Shown: positions 29,065 to 38,469, counted from the first letter of the stretch. The stretch: DNA of 64,000 nt from Methanomassiliicoccaceae archaeon UBA370 (GCA_002505345.1 DAUY01000016.1:50374-114373), one strand, 5' to 3'. A program made the numbers and translations. Notes: generated by a model not told the origin, from the letters alone.

Positions 29065-30005
29065 ATTATGCTGAATTGGCCCTGATGCTGTTTCAGGCTG
29101 CGGCGCTCATACTCATTTCGCCTTTGGTGGCGGGCATCATAAGAAAACTTAAGGCCATGATGCAGAACAGGGTGGGCGCAAGCATATTCCAGCCTTACCG
29201 CGACCTTATGAAGCTGTTCAGAAAGGAGACGGTGGTCTCCGAAAACGCATCCTTCCTGTTCCGCGCGATACCCTTGGTATGCATCACGTCCATGGTCCTG
29301 CTCGCAGCCATGACACCTTTCATATACTCGGGCGTGGCGGCACCGTATGCCGACGTCATAGCGATGGTCTACATATTCACAATGTTCAGGTTCGCCATGG
29401 TGTTGGGAGGCCTGGAAGGAGGTTCGGCCTTCGGAGGGATGGGCAGCAGCAGGGAGGCGATGATGTCCGTGCTCATAGAGCCGGCCCTTCTGATATCCAT
29501 AATGACCCTTTCCGCCATGACAGGTGCAGGATTCGATATCTCCGAGATATCCTCATCCATCATCGGAGCCGGTGCGGCGGCCATATCTCCGGCGCTTCTG
29601 CTGGCCGGAACATCTTTCCTGATAACGATGGTGGCCGAGAACACGCGGGTCCCCTTCGACAATCCGGACACGCATCTCGAGCTCACCATGGTACACGAGG
29701 GTATGCTGCTGGAATATTCCGGCAAAGGCCTTGCATTCATGGAGTTGGCGTCAATGCTCAGGCTTACCATATTCATGGCGCTGCTGGGCACGCTCTTTTT
29801 CCCTTGGGGTACCGCTGTGACCATGGCGCCCTCGGCGCTCGCATTGTCCGTTGTGGCAATTGCGATCAAAATGCTTGTTATCGCTTTCGGCATCGCCCTT
29901 TTGGAGAGCACGATCGCTAAGATGAGGGTCTTCAGGATGCCCAACATGCTGACTGCGTCCTTTGCGCTGTCCCTTATGGCGATGATCTCGCTGTATGTTC
30001 TGTGA
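29061..30005 (+). CDS. HyfC/HycD/NuoH-like membrane subunit
   Basis: 314 aa. KLKAMMQNRVGASIFQPYRDLMKLFRKE and RVPFDNPDTHLEL are NuoH/HycD-type motifs. ATGA overlap with the upstream gene. Confidence 0.85.
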   Translation: MNYAELALMLFQAAALILISPLVAGIIRKLKAMMQNRVGASIFQPYRDLMKLFRKETVVSENASFLFRAIPLVCITSMVLLAAMTPFIYSGVAAPYADVIAMVYIFTMFRFAMVLGGLEGGSAFGGMGSSREAMMSVLIEPALLISIMTLSAMTGAGFDISEISSSIIGAGAAAISPALLLAGTSFLITMVAENTRVPFDNPDTHLELTMVHEGMLLEYSGKGLAFMELASMLRLTIFMALLGTLFFPWGTAVTMAPSALALSVVAIAIKMLVIAFGIALLESTIAKMRVFRMPNMLTASFALSLMAMISLYVL

Positions 30006-30014
30006 GGAAGAAAA

Positions 30015-30677
30015 ATGGAACTGATACCTACCAGCAATCTCATCGACATCTTTGCGGTGTGCATGCTGCTCTCATCCGTGCTGGCCATGGCAAGCGTAAG
30101 GATGCGCCCGCTGATACGGCTGTTCATACTGCAGTCATTTTTCCTGGCAGCCTTCGAGTTCACCGTCGCATATTCCCAGAACGAGCCCGAGATATACATC
30201 ATGGCGGCAATGACCTTCGGCATCAAGGTACTCCTCATACCGAAGATGCTGAAGTACATCATGTCCCGCATTAAAGTGGATGACGAGATGGCCCTGTCTG
30301 TAGGGATACCGGGTTCCATGCTGCTTTCCGCGGCCCTCATCATTTTCTCTTATTATGTAGCGGAGCCCCTGATAATCACTCTCAATACCGCGGAGAGGAA
30401 CTCGCTCGTCCTCTCATTCTCCATAATGCTGATAGGTATGCTGATGATGGCTACGCGCCGCAAGGCCATAAGCGAGGTCGTGGGACTGCTCATGGCCGAG
30501 AACGGCCTCTTCCTCGGAGCAATAGCCCTGTCGAACGGGATGCCCTTCATAGTTGAACTGGGGGCATTCTTCGATGTTCTGGTCGCCATGATAATCATCG
30601 GAATATTTGCCTTCAGGATCAACAAGTCATTCAATTCGGTCGACACCACCCTGTTGAGGAGGCTGAAAGAGGAATGA
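30015..30677 (+). CDS. HyfE-like small membrane subunit
   Basis: 220 aa with 6-7 TM helices. Position and size match hydrogenase-4 component E. A GAGGAAG SD-like motif precedes the ATG. Confidence 0.7.
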   Translation: MELIPTSNLIDIFAVCMLLSSVLAMASVRMRPLIRLFILQSFFLAAFEFTVAYSQNEPEIYIMAAMTFGIKVLLIPKMLKYIMSRIKVDDEMALSVGIPGSMLLSAALIIFSYYVAEPLIITLNTAERNSLVLSFSIMLIGMLMMATRRKAISEVVGLLMAENGLFLGAIALSNGMPFIVELGAFFDVLVAMIIIGIFAFRINKSFNSVDTTLLRRLKEE

Positions 30678-32131
30678 TAGCCACCATTATGGTCCTCGTA
30701 CCATTGCTGGCCGGAGTATTGTGCCTCCTTCCGATCGGAACCAAAGGCCTATTCCGCATTTCCATCGCGGGAGCAATTGCATCCCTGGCTGCGGTGATAT
30801 ACTGCTGCGCATCGCCCATCAACGGAACGGTGATCGACACATCGGTCTGGTACATCGACGGTCTTTCCGCATTCTTCCTTCTGATCTCGGGATTCATATC
30901 CTTCGTAACCATTCTGTACTCCAAAGACTACCTGAGGACCGAGTGGGAAGAGGGCCATCTGAACTCCAGAGAGATGAGGTGGTTCTACTTCACCATGTTT
31001 GTTTTCATCTCGACGATACTGCTGACGTTTGCGGTACGTTCGGCGGCCCTGACCTGGATAGGCATAGGAGCCACTACATTGGTTTCCGCTTTCCTTGTCG
31101 GTATGTATAAAGATGAAAACGCCACCGAGGCTGCTTGGAAGTACGTCCTGCTTTGCTCGGTCGGTATTACGCTGGCACTGTTCGGGATATCCCTGATTTA
31201 CGCCGCATCTTCCGGAGTCGTCCCGGTCGAAAGCTCCCTCGACTGGCCGGCCCTGGTCGCCAACGCCGCCGATCTGAACCCGATGTTCATGAAATTCGCG
31301 GCCATATTCTTCATAATAGGACTAGGGACAAAAGCCGGACTGGCACCTTTGCACAACTGGCTTCCCGACGCCCACAGTCAGGCACCGAGTCCCGTGAGCG
31401 GAATGATGTCGGGGGTTCTCCTGAACTGCGCCATGTACGGAATAATGAGGTTCTACACCGTATCAGAGATCGTGAACCCGGGTTTCGCTTCAAAGGTACT
31501 CCTCTTCTTCGGGATATCTTCGCTTCTTGTCGCCGCTGCCTTCATACTTAAATCAAAAGACTTCAAGAGAATGCTGGCATATTCCAGCGTCGAGAACATG
31601 GGCCTGATAGCCATCGGCCTGGGCATCGGAACGCCGCTGGCTCTTTTCGGAGCGATGTTTCAGGTACTGGCACATTCCATATGCAAGCCCCTGATATTCT
31701 TCTGCGCAGGCAACATAACCCAGATATACAAGACGCGGACGATGTCCCTCATAAGAGGAGTTTCTGAGAAGATGAGGTTCACCGGTTTCGCCACTGTCGC
31801 CGGAAGTCTTGCGATCGCCGGAGCACCTCCCTTCCCCCTGTTCGTAGGGGAGCTGCTGATCATTTCCGCAGCCATAGGTGCGGGAATGTATGTCCTCGCC
31901 GGAGGTCTGGTCCTCGTCCTCGTATTCGTGTTCGCAGGCTTGGCCCTGAATATCTTCCCGATGCTTTCCGGAACCACCGAAAGAGATGTGTCAGAGCCTA
32001 TTTCGCTACTCAGGAAGGCATCTCTGGCACTGTTGATCGGCTTAGCCCTTTTCTTCGGCCTGTTCATGCCTGACATGGTGAGAGATGTCTTCGACGGCAT
32101 GGTGGTCATACTTTCCGGAGGCACGATATGA
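30674..32131 (+). CDS. HyfF/NuoN(M)-like antiporter-type membrane subunit
   Basis: 485 aa. GTKAGLAPLHNWLPDAHSQAPSPVS and AYSSVENMG motifs. ATGA overlap. Confidence 0.85.
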   Translation: MIATIMVLVPLLAGVLCLLPIGTKGLFRISIAGAIASLAAVIYCCASPINGTVIDTSVWYIDGLSAFFLLISGFISFVTILYSKDYLRTEWEEGHLNSREMRWFYFTMFVFISTILLTFAVRSAALTWIGIGATTLVSAFLVGMYKDENATEAAWKYVLLCSVGITLALFGISLIYAASSGVVPVESSLDWPALVANAADLNPMFMKFAAIFFIIGLGTKAGLAPLHNWLPDAHSQAPSPVSGMMSGVLLNCAMYGIMRFYTVSEIVNPGFASKVLLFFGISSLLVAAAFILKSKDFKRMLAYSSVENMGLIAIGLGIGTPLALFGAMFQVLAHSICKPLIFFCAGNITQIYKTRTMSLIRGVSEKMRFTGFATVAGSLAIAGAPPFPLFVGELLIISAAIGAGMYVLAGGLVLVLVFVFAGLALNIFPMLSGTTERDVSEPISLLRKASLALLIGLALFFGLFMPDMVRDVFDGMVVILSGGTI

Positions 32132-33585
32132 TATTCAACAGCTCCACACCATGCGACCCTGAAATACTGGCACAATATCTGGGAACGTTTTACGCAGACG
32201 GATGGAGGATCATGTCGATGTTCGCCTCCGAGTCTTCGCCCGGCGCCACGCTAAACGTCATTCTGAGGAGGGGGTCCGAGATTGTCAGGATCACGTCAGA
32301 GGTCGATGGGCGGTATCCGGCCGTAACTCCCCGTGTCCCTTCCGCTTCTATTTTAGAAAGAACTATCTGGGAGATGAACGGGATAGTCCCTGAGGGTCAC
32401 GACTACCTCGTGCCTTCGATATTCTGGAGGAAAGGGAACGGCCATCCTCTCCAAAAGGGAGGGTACTTCGCCGACGGCGAATCCAGGATACCTATACCCA
32501 AGAATCATGTTTCGGGAACGGGAGTGTACGAGATACCGGTTGGTCCGGTACACGCAGGCGTCATAGAACCCGGGCATTTCAGATTCAGTGCCGCAGGAGA
32601 ACCGATACTGAGACTGAAAATTCATCTGGGATATGCTCACAAAGGAGTGGAAAAGCTATTTGAGGGGCCGGTCAAACAAAACCTCTCCCATTTGGCCGAA
32701 AGGATATCGGGCGACAATGCCGTGGCCCACGGCCTTGCATACGCACATGCAATGGAAGGCGACACCGATATACCGGCCAGGGCGCGCTACCTGCGTGTAA
32801 TCCTTTCGGAACTGGAACGCATCCACAATCATCTCGACGTCATTGCGGGACTGTGCACCGACTCCGCATTCAGCGTTGCGGCGGCATACGGTGCCGAGGC
32901 CCGCGAAGAACTGCTGAGGGCAAACCACGAACTGTTCGGCAACAGAATGCTGATGGGGAGCATCGTTCCCGGAGGGGTAAAGAGGGACCTTTCAGCAGAT
33001 CAAATACACAAACTCGAGAACGTCGTTATGAGAGCGGGCTTCGCTGCCATGAAAGTGGACGGATACATGAGACGCTCCCCTTCGGAAGTGGACCGTCTGG
33101 AGACTACGGGAGTCCTGGAAACGGAAGATGCCCTCAGATTGGGTACCGTGGGCACGGTGGCAAGAGCCAGCGGGATAGTTTCGGATGTGAGGGCGGATCT
33201 GCCTTACGACGCCTATGGCGCCCTTTCCTTCAACACCGTGTCCAGGAATAAAGGGGATGTGATGTCCCGGGCCGCGGTTAGGGTAGGAGAGGTGACGGAA
33301 TCCGTGAGCATTATTCTGCAATGCATCACCGATATGGACAAGGGAGAGATCAGAACCGAGACAGAAACGCCGGAGGGTTTCTCCATGGGCATAGTCGAGT
33401 CGCCAAGAGGCGAGCTTCTTCACTGTGCAGACATCAGGGACGGTAACATCTGGAGATATAGCGTCAGGGATCCCTCGGTAGTGAACTGGCCAGCCCTGGA
33501 GCTGGCGGTCCTAGGGAATATTGTGCCGGATTTCCCCCTGATAAACAAGAGCTTCGGGCTCTCATACAGCGGGAATGATCTTTGA
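32128..33585 (+). CDS. NuoC-NuoD / HycE-like 'large subunit' lacking the [NiFe] cysteine ligands
   Basis: 485 aa. The N-terminal NuoC-like ERTIWEMNGIVPEGH is followed by the NuoD/HycE-like PVGPVHAGVIEPGHFRF. Where group-4 hydrogenases have ERxCGICxxxH this protein has ERISGDNAVAH. The C-terminus is NKSFGLSYSGNDL instead of DPCxSCxDR. Confidence 0.85.
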   Translation: MIFNSSTPCDPEILAQYLGTFYADGWRIMSMFASESSPGATLNVILRRGSEIVRITSEVDGRYPAVTPRVPSASILERTIWEMNGIVPEGHDYLVPSIFWRKGNGHPLQKGGYFADGESRIPIPKNHVSGTGVYEIPVGPVHAGVIEPGHFRFSAAGEPILRLKIHLGYAHKGVEKLFEGPVKQNLSHLAERISGDNAVAHGLAYAHAMEGDTDIPARARYLRVILSELERIHNHLDVIAGLCTDSAFSVAAAYGAEAREELLRANHELFGNRMLMGSIVPGGVKRDLSADQIHKLENVVMRAGFAAMKVDGYMRRSPSEVDRLETTGVLETEDALRLGTVGTVARASGIVSDVRADLPYDAYGALSFNTVSRNKGDVMSRAAVRVGEVTESVSIILQCITDMDKGEIRTETETPEGFSMGIVESPRGELLHCADIRDGNIWRYSVRDPSVVNWPALELAVLGNIVPDFPLINKSFGLSYSGNDL

Positions 33586-33594
33586 GGTGATGGT

Positions 33595-34335
33595 ATGATA
33601 AGAAGGAGCGTTTCAAATCTTGTTTCGCAGAAAAAGCCGGCCGTATCCAGAGAGGAGATGCACGGCGATCGCCTTATGATGCCGTTTGTCAGCGTCGGAT
33701 GCAGAAAATGCAGAAAATGCACGGAAGTGTGTCCCACCGATGCCATCGAAATCTCCGAAGAGTGGACGGTTGACATTGGTAAATGCATCTTTTGCATGGA
33801 ATGCGTGGAGTCCTGTCCGTCATCTGCAGTCAAAGAAGTGCCCGCGCCATTATACGCCGATCGAAGGGACGGCCTCATATTCGGTGTTTCGAGACCGCCC
33901 GGGGAGTCGGAAGGCGGCATTGAAAAATCCAAGGCAGAGATATTGTCAGATTCCATAGCGATAAGAGAGCTCGATACCGGGTCCTGCAACGCGTGTGAGG
34001 TAGAGGTTAACTGCATGTCCAACCCATTCTACGACATGAGCAGGTTCGGAATGAAGATCGTTGCTTCCCCCAGGCATGCCGACGTGCTTCTCGTAACCGG
34101 ACCGATGACGAGAAACATGAAGGCCGCCGCGCTGGAGACCTTTGAGGCTGTACCTTCCCCTAAAGTCGTCGTGGCAATGGGAACCTGCGCCATTTCAGGA
34201 GGTATTTTCGTCGAAGGAGATGTTTTCGGAGAAGGTATAAAAGATACTCTCGATCCGGACATATACATCCCCGGATGCCCTCCTTCTCCGGGAAGGGTTC
34301 TTATCGCCCTTCTGAAAGCGTTCGGACGGGATTAA
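33595..34335 (+). CDS. Fusion of 2x[4Fe-4S] ferredoxin (HycF/NuoI-like) with NuoB/HycG-like small subunit
   Basis: 246 aa. The N-terminus has CRKCRKCTEVCP and CIFCMECVESCP. The C-half has the NuoB-type cluster ligands GSCNACE, GTCAISGG and GCPPSP. A GAGGTGA SD precedes the ATG. Confidence 0.85.
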   Translation: MIRRSVSNLVSQKKPAVSREEMHGDRLMMPFVSVGCRKCRKCTEVCPTDAIEISEEWTVDIGKCIFCMECVESCPSSAVKEVPAPLYADRRDGLIFGVSRPPGESEGGIEKSKAEILSDSIAIRELDTGSCNACEVEVNCMSNPFYDMSRFGMKIVASPRHADVLLVTGPMTRNMKAAALETFEAVPSPKVVVAMGTCAISGGIFVEGDVFGEGIKDTLDPDIYIPGCPPSPGRVLIALLKAFGRD

Positions 34336-34721
34336 TGCACAATGACCACGTTGCATTTGGCGTGGTTCACCACATATTGTGAAACGCTGCCCAGGACGAC
34401 CCTGTCTATGAAGGTCTTGTCCGATCTGCCTACCACGATCATGTCGCATTTGAACCTGGAAGCGGCGGCCAAGACATTCTCGGCAGCGGGCCCTGGTTCT
34501 ATTACGGAATGTACGTCGATACCTTCGGCCCTGGCGGCATCTTCCGCTTCTTTCATGAAGGACTTGATCTTGTCAAACTCTTTCTCTTGTTCCACTATAT
34601 CACGGGAGACGACTGAAGAGTAGATGTAAAGGGGCTTTTTGGACATTTTGGAGTAGTCGATCGCAAAATCTAAGGCTCTCCGCGTACCGGGTCTTCCATC
34701 ATATGCCAGTATTACGGACAT
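34332..34721 (-). CDS. Universal stress protein (UspA family)
   Basis: 129 aa. The C-terminal DMIVVGRSDKTFIDRVVLGSVSQYVVNHAKCNVVIV is the Usp ATP-binding signature region. Its stop overlaps the convergent stop of the preceding gene. Confidence 0.85.
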   Translation of the reverse strand: MSVILAYDGRPGTRRALDFAIDYSKMSKKPLYIYSSVVSRDIVEQEKEFDKIKSFMKEAEDAARAEGIDVHSVIEPGPAAENVLAAASRFKCDMIVVGRSDKTFIDRVVLGSVSQYVVNHAKCNVVIVH

Positions 34722-34908
34722 GATTCCTAATCTGCCACTTCGGATAAATATCTTCCATAGAAGTGGAAAAACAATGCCGAGAAGGCTTCCCCCTTACACG
34801 GTGCCTCCCCCCCAAATATCGAATATGGTGCTTATCGGCAAAGAAGAAGCCGTAACATCGCTGTGAAAGATCATCAATGCGATGGGGGCCCCCAGCAAAG
34901 AAAGGACT

Positions 34909-35574
34909 TCATCCGCCCATGAATGTGGCCATGATGGTGACCGACCATCCCACCAATGTCATCGCAACGGCCATCGTCCATCTGTTGGCACCTATGTATT
35001 TGCTCATTGTGTATCCTACAAAAAACAGGGCTACAGAACCGAGTGCGGAGGCCACGAAGAGCGCCGAAGTTAGATCTGCAATCAAAAGCAGAGGTATGAC
35101 TGCAGGAATGGCAGCTATCACCGTTATAATAAAACTGGACACGCCTGTTTTGATAAGTTCTGCACGGTCTTTGCTAAGTTCCTCATCGGATTCCAGTCTT
35201 GAAGATAATATCTGCCGGATTATCTTCTGCTCGTCCGCCGGTTCTATCGCATCGATGATTGTTCCTGAAAGATCGTCCTTCACGATGGACTCGCATTCCG
35301 CGCAGTCGTTATCACGGCTTTTGGACAGGATGTTGATATCCCTTTTTCTTTCCAGACTGCCGACTAGGATTATGACCAGCGCATCTATGATCCCCCATGT
35401 GAAGTTCATAGAGAATATGATGAATGCCAGATTGACGTTGGAATCGAAAGAGATTATTCCTACCTGGGCGGCGTTGACGAATATCATCGCCATGATGAAA
35501 CCGTAGAGTGCCTCTTGTATGGCCAGTCCCGGCCCCGTATTGGCAATCAGCTTCCCGGTCAGAGGAACGACCAT
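34909..35574 (-). CDS. VIT1/CCC1-like membrane protein (tentative)
   Basis: 221 aa. Two N-terminal TM helices, a charged central segment, and three C-terminal TM helices ending in a Gly-rich tail. This topology resembles the VIT family. No diagnostic motif verified. Confidence 0.45.
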   Translation of the reverse strand: MVVPLTGKLIANTGPGLAIQEALYGFIMAMIFVNAAQVGIISFDSNVNLAFIIFSMNFTWGIIDALVIILVGSLERKRDINILSKSRDNDCAECESIVKDDLSGTIIDAIEPADEQKIIRQILSSRLESDEELSKDRAELIKTGVSSFIITVIAAIPAVIPLLLIADLTSALFVASALGSVALFFVGYTMSKYIGANRWTMAVAMTLVGWSVTIMATFMGG

Positions 35575-36096
35575 GGGGCGTCAATGAAATCATCCGTAAA
35601 AATACTATGGCACTTCTTCCACGATCGATCGGTCCGGGACACCATGTGCTTTTCTTCGGGTGTTATCGTAATGGTCATTTCTTTTTGCATTAAGAGACGC
35701 TGTTGATAGATGAAGTGTTGAGAGAAAAAGAATGCCGACACCGATTGTCTAATGATAAATATATATCTGAATTGGTATTAATATATATAGTACATAAATT
35801 AATTTTAAATATATGTCGGTCAATGTAGTCGCAGAAGTTGTGGGCGGCGAAAGCCGAGTGCCCGGTACAGGTCTCTGCCATGTGGCGGAGGACGGGTGCG
35901 ATTCACATCTTCTAGGCCTTCGGCTTTTTCACATCGTTTTTATGCTTATGAACGGCTCGACAAAAGACTGCCGTACGGATGACTCTCGCGTGTTCCAACG
36001 TGATAGAGAATTATTTTTCATGGCCACGGCAAAGAGGAAGAACAGCCCCATTGACCGGGGGCTTAAATGGTTTGTTTAAGAGGTTTGCCGAATGCC

Positions 36097-37494
36097 TTAG
36101 AGCCCGTAGTTCTTTATGTTGAACGCAGGGACGTCCTTGTACAGCTTTGTGCAGTACTCGACGAACTTCGCCTCGTCGTCGGGCAGCGCGGCCAGCTGCT
36201 TCTGGCAGTCCTGCAGGACTTCCAGCTGCTTCTTGGTCAGCGGCAGCTCCTTCGCGTTGTAACCGTCGAGGATGATCTTCGCTGCGGTCTCACCGGCGGC
36301 CTTGGACCTGAGGTACAGGTTGTTTCCGTTGTCGGCGATTGCCTTTCCGATCATGAAGGCGTGGTCGTATGCGAGGATGTATCCCTCGGGTCCCCTGGTC
36401 CTGTCGGTGTACATGTACAAGTCCCTCAGGGTCTTGTCCTGTCCCAGCTGGATCGAGGTGTTCATCAGAGCGACCTCGTATCCGAGGGATCCGAGCCAGC
36501 ATGCGACAGAGGATCCTCCGAATTCGGGGTGGTACTCGACAGACTCGTTGGACCACAGGTCGCAGGTGGATGCCATCAGGTTGCCCTGCAGATCGCAGTG
36601 GGCGCACTGGCAGTTCTTTCCTTCCTGGGCCGTGGGCTTTCCGGCGACCGCCTTGCATATGGGTCCCTCGTAGCCGCAGTCCTTGTCGGGACCGGTGGCT
36701 CCGCACTCCCATGCGCACAGGGTCCTCGCGGATGCGATCGCCCTGGTGATGGCGGAGAACGTCCTCTGAACATCGTTGTCCAGGAATCCGCCGGCCATGA
36801 ACATGGACGTGTTGGCTCCGGAACAGTTGGTGTCTCCTCCGGGGGTCACCTTGTTCTTCTTGCATATGTCCACGAACTGCTGCCAGATGTAGGTCATGTC
36901 TATGGATCCGAGGTAACCGACACCGAAGAGGAAGGCTACGACGTCACCCTGGGTGACCGCGTGGTCTGCCAGCTCTTTTCCTCCCATCGATTCGACGGAG
37001 AAGACGTGCGCACCGTTCTCGCATGCCATCTCGGCGCATTCGATGAGCTTCTCGGGGTAGGAGAACTTCTTGTCCATTCCGGGGCGGAGTCCGTGGTCGG
37101 CCTCACGCTGGTCGGGGATGGTCTGCCTCATAGCGGTGTTGATTCCGTACTCCTCGTGGTACTTCTCGCATATCTCCGCCTGTCCTGAGACAACGGGGAC
37201 GGCCAGCTTCTTCTGGTTCATCTGCGATACCCACTCGGTCTCCATCTGGAGGTCGGGCATTCCTGCGGTTATGGCCCTGTCGAGAGCATCTTTGCATATG
37301 TAGTCGACATATTCTCTCCTGAACTTCTCTACATCCCTCTCCGTTCCCGGGCGGGGCGCGTAGTTAAGCTCCGGAATGACTCTGCCTGCTCCTGCTTTGA
37401 TGCCGAACCCGTAGGAAACGGGGTGCTGCGCGCGTCCGAAAATCAGCTCGTCGGCGTCTTTGTATGCTACTTTTGTGTATCTCGTAACCGCCAT
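36097..37494 (-). CDS. mtaB: Methanol:corrinoid methyltransferase MtaB
   Basis: MAVTRYTKVAYKDADELIFG...IPELNYAPRPG closely resembles the Methanosarcina MtaB N-terminus. The start is set at ATG 37494, preceded by AGGGGTGAG. The track GTG at 37503 adds 3 aa. Confidence 0.93.
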   Translation of the reverse strand: MAVTRYTKVAYKDADELIFGRAQHPVSYGFGIKAGAGRVIPELNYAPRPGTERDVEKFRREYVDYICKDALDRAITAGMPDLQMETEWVSQMNQKKLAVPVVSGQAEICEKYHEEYGINTAMRQTIPDQREADHGLRPGMDKKFSYPEKLIECAEMACENGAHVFSVESMGGKELADHAVTQGDVVAFLFGVGYLGSIDMTYIWQQFVDICKKNKVTPGGDTNCSGANTSMFMAGGFLDNDVQRTFSAITRAIASARTLCAWECGATGPDKDCGYEGPICKAVAGKPTAQEGKNCQCAHCDLQGNLMASTCDLWSNESVEYHPEFGGSSVACWLGSLGYEVALMNTSIQLGQDKTLRDLYMYTDRTRGPEGYILAYDHAFMIGKAIADNGNNLYLRSKAAGETAAKIILDGYNAKELPLTKKQLEVLQDCQKQLAALPDDEAKFVEYCTKLYKDVPAFNIKNYGL

Positions 37495-37495
37495 C

Positions 37496-38281
37496 TTACT
37501 CACCCCTTACAATGCTGTCCCACTCTTCCCTTACCTTCTTCCAGTCGTATCCGGCAAGGATCTTGTCGGCGATCGGGGGTGTCTGGGCAGCCTTGTCGGA
37601 ATAAATTCCGAGGTCGTACGAGTTGGCGTACTCCCTGTTGACCGCACCGCCGCATCCCATGAATGGGATGTTCAGGCCTTTGGCCATGAATCCGGCCGCG
37701 ATCCTCGGGAAAGCGGACATCGTCGTGGTCATGAGCGCGGTTCCGGAAACGAACAAGGGCTTGACCTCATTGGTCTTGGCTATGACGTCAGCGACAGGGA
37801 CATCTCTTCCCATGTCTATGACGTCGTATCCGGAAGCCCTGGTCATGATGACCGCGATGTTCTTTCCGATGTCGTGGGGGTCTCCCTCGGCAGCGTGCAT
37901 TATGACGGTGGCCTTCGCCTTCATCTTTCCGCCTTCGAGCTTCTTCTCCGCAAGGGCGATTCCGATCTCCATGGTCTTTGCGGCCAACATGATCTCGGGC
38001 AGGTAGTACACGTGCTCTGCGTAAAGCTTCGCGACGATGTCCATTCCTGCAACAAGGCCCTCGTTGATAACGTCGAGCGGCTTCTTCTCCTTCAGGGCTT
38101 CGTTGACGGCGGGCCCTACGGTCTTAAACCTCATATAGAGTACCTCTTCCGCGACCTTTTTAAAAACGGGGTCATGCGGGAGCATCTCTTTAGCCATCTC
38201 TTCCGGGGTGGCCGCGACCTGCTGGTCGACATCATAGCGCCTCAGTATTTTGCTGAAGTCTACTCCTTTGCTGCTAAGCAT
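37496..38281 (-). CDS. mtaC: Methanol corrinoid protein MtaC
   Basis: 261 aa. B12-binding DxHxxG motif (GDPHDIGKN) and a Rossmann-like region MGRDVPVADV...SGTALMTTT. Confidence 0.93.
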   Translation of the reverse strand: MLSSKGVDFSKILRRYDVDQQVAATPEEMAKEMLPHDPVFKKVAEEVLYMRFKTVGPAVNEALKEKKPLDVINEGLVAGMDIVAKLYAEHVYYLPEIMLAAKTMEIGIALAEKKLEGGKMKAKATVIMHAAEGDPHDIGKNIAVIMTRASGYDVIDMGRDVPVADVIAKTNEVKPLFVSGTALMTTTMSAFPRIAAGFMAKGLNIPFMGCGGAVNREYANSYDLGIYSDKAAQTPPIADKILAGYDWKKVREEWDSIVRGE

Positions 38282-38381
38282 ATTGTTTTTCCTCCCAGGC
38301 TTTCGCCTGTGATTTTAGTATTCTGCTGAGGGTATAAATGTAGTTTCGTGGATGGATGATTAATCCTTATTCATACATCGC

Positions 38382-38394
38382 TAGATATCTATTG
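38382..38394 (+). repeat. 13-nt motif TAGATATCTATTG, copy 1, in the mtaC / cobW-like divergent spacer
   Basis: Read directly. 12 of 13 positions are identical to the copy at 38470-38482. Confidence 0.5.
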
Positions 38395-38469
38395 ACTCAT
38401 ATATATTTAGCATCGGCGTTAATGAATTTCCTTATAAATATTTCCCTGAAAAAAACATAGCCAGCATGT

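Noticed and set aside
32128-33585. Calling the cluster an Ech/Hyf [NiFe] hydrogenase.
   Set aside because: Both CxxC ligand motifs of the large subunit are absent (ERISGDNAVAH; C-terminal FGLSYSGNDL). A hydrogenase annotation would be wrong even though every subunit is homologous to one.
35575-35760. A riboswitch or long structured leader for the VIT-like transporter gene (by analogy to bacterial Mn/Fe elements).
   Set aside because: I found no recognisable conserved riboswitch core and no convincing helices in this segment. The position of the promoter is unknown, so there is nothing to support the call.
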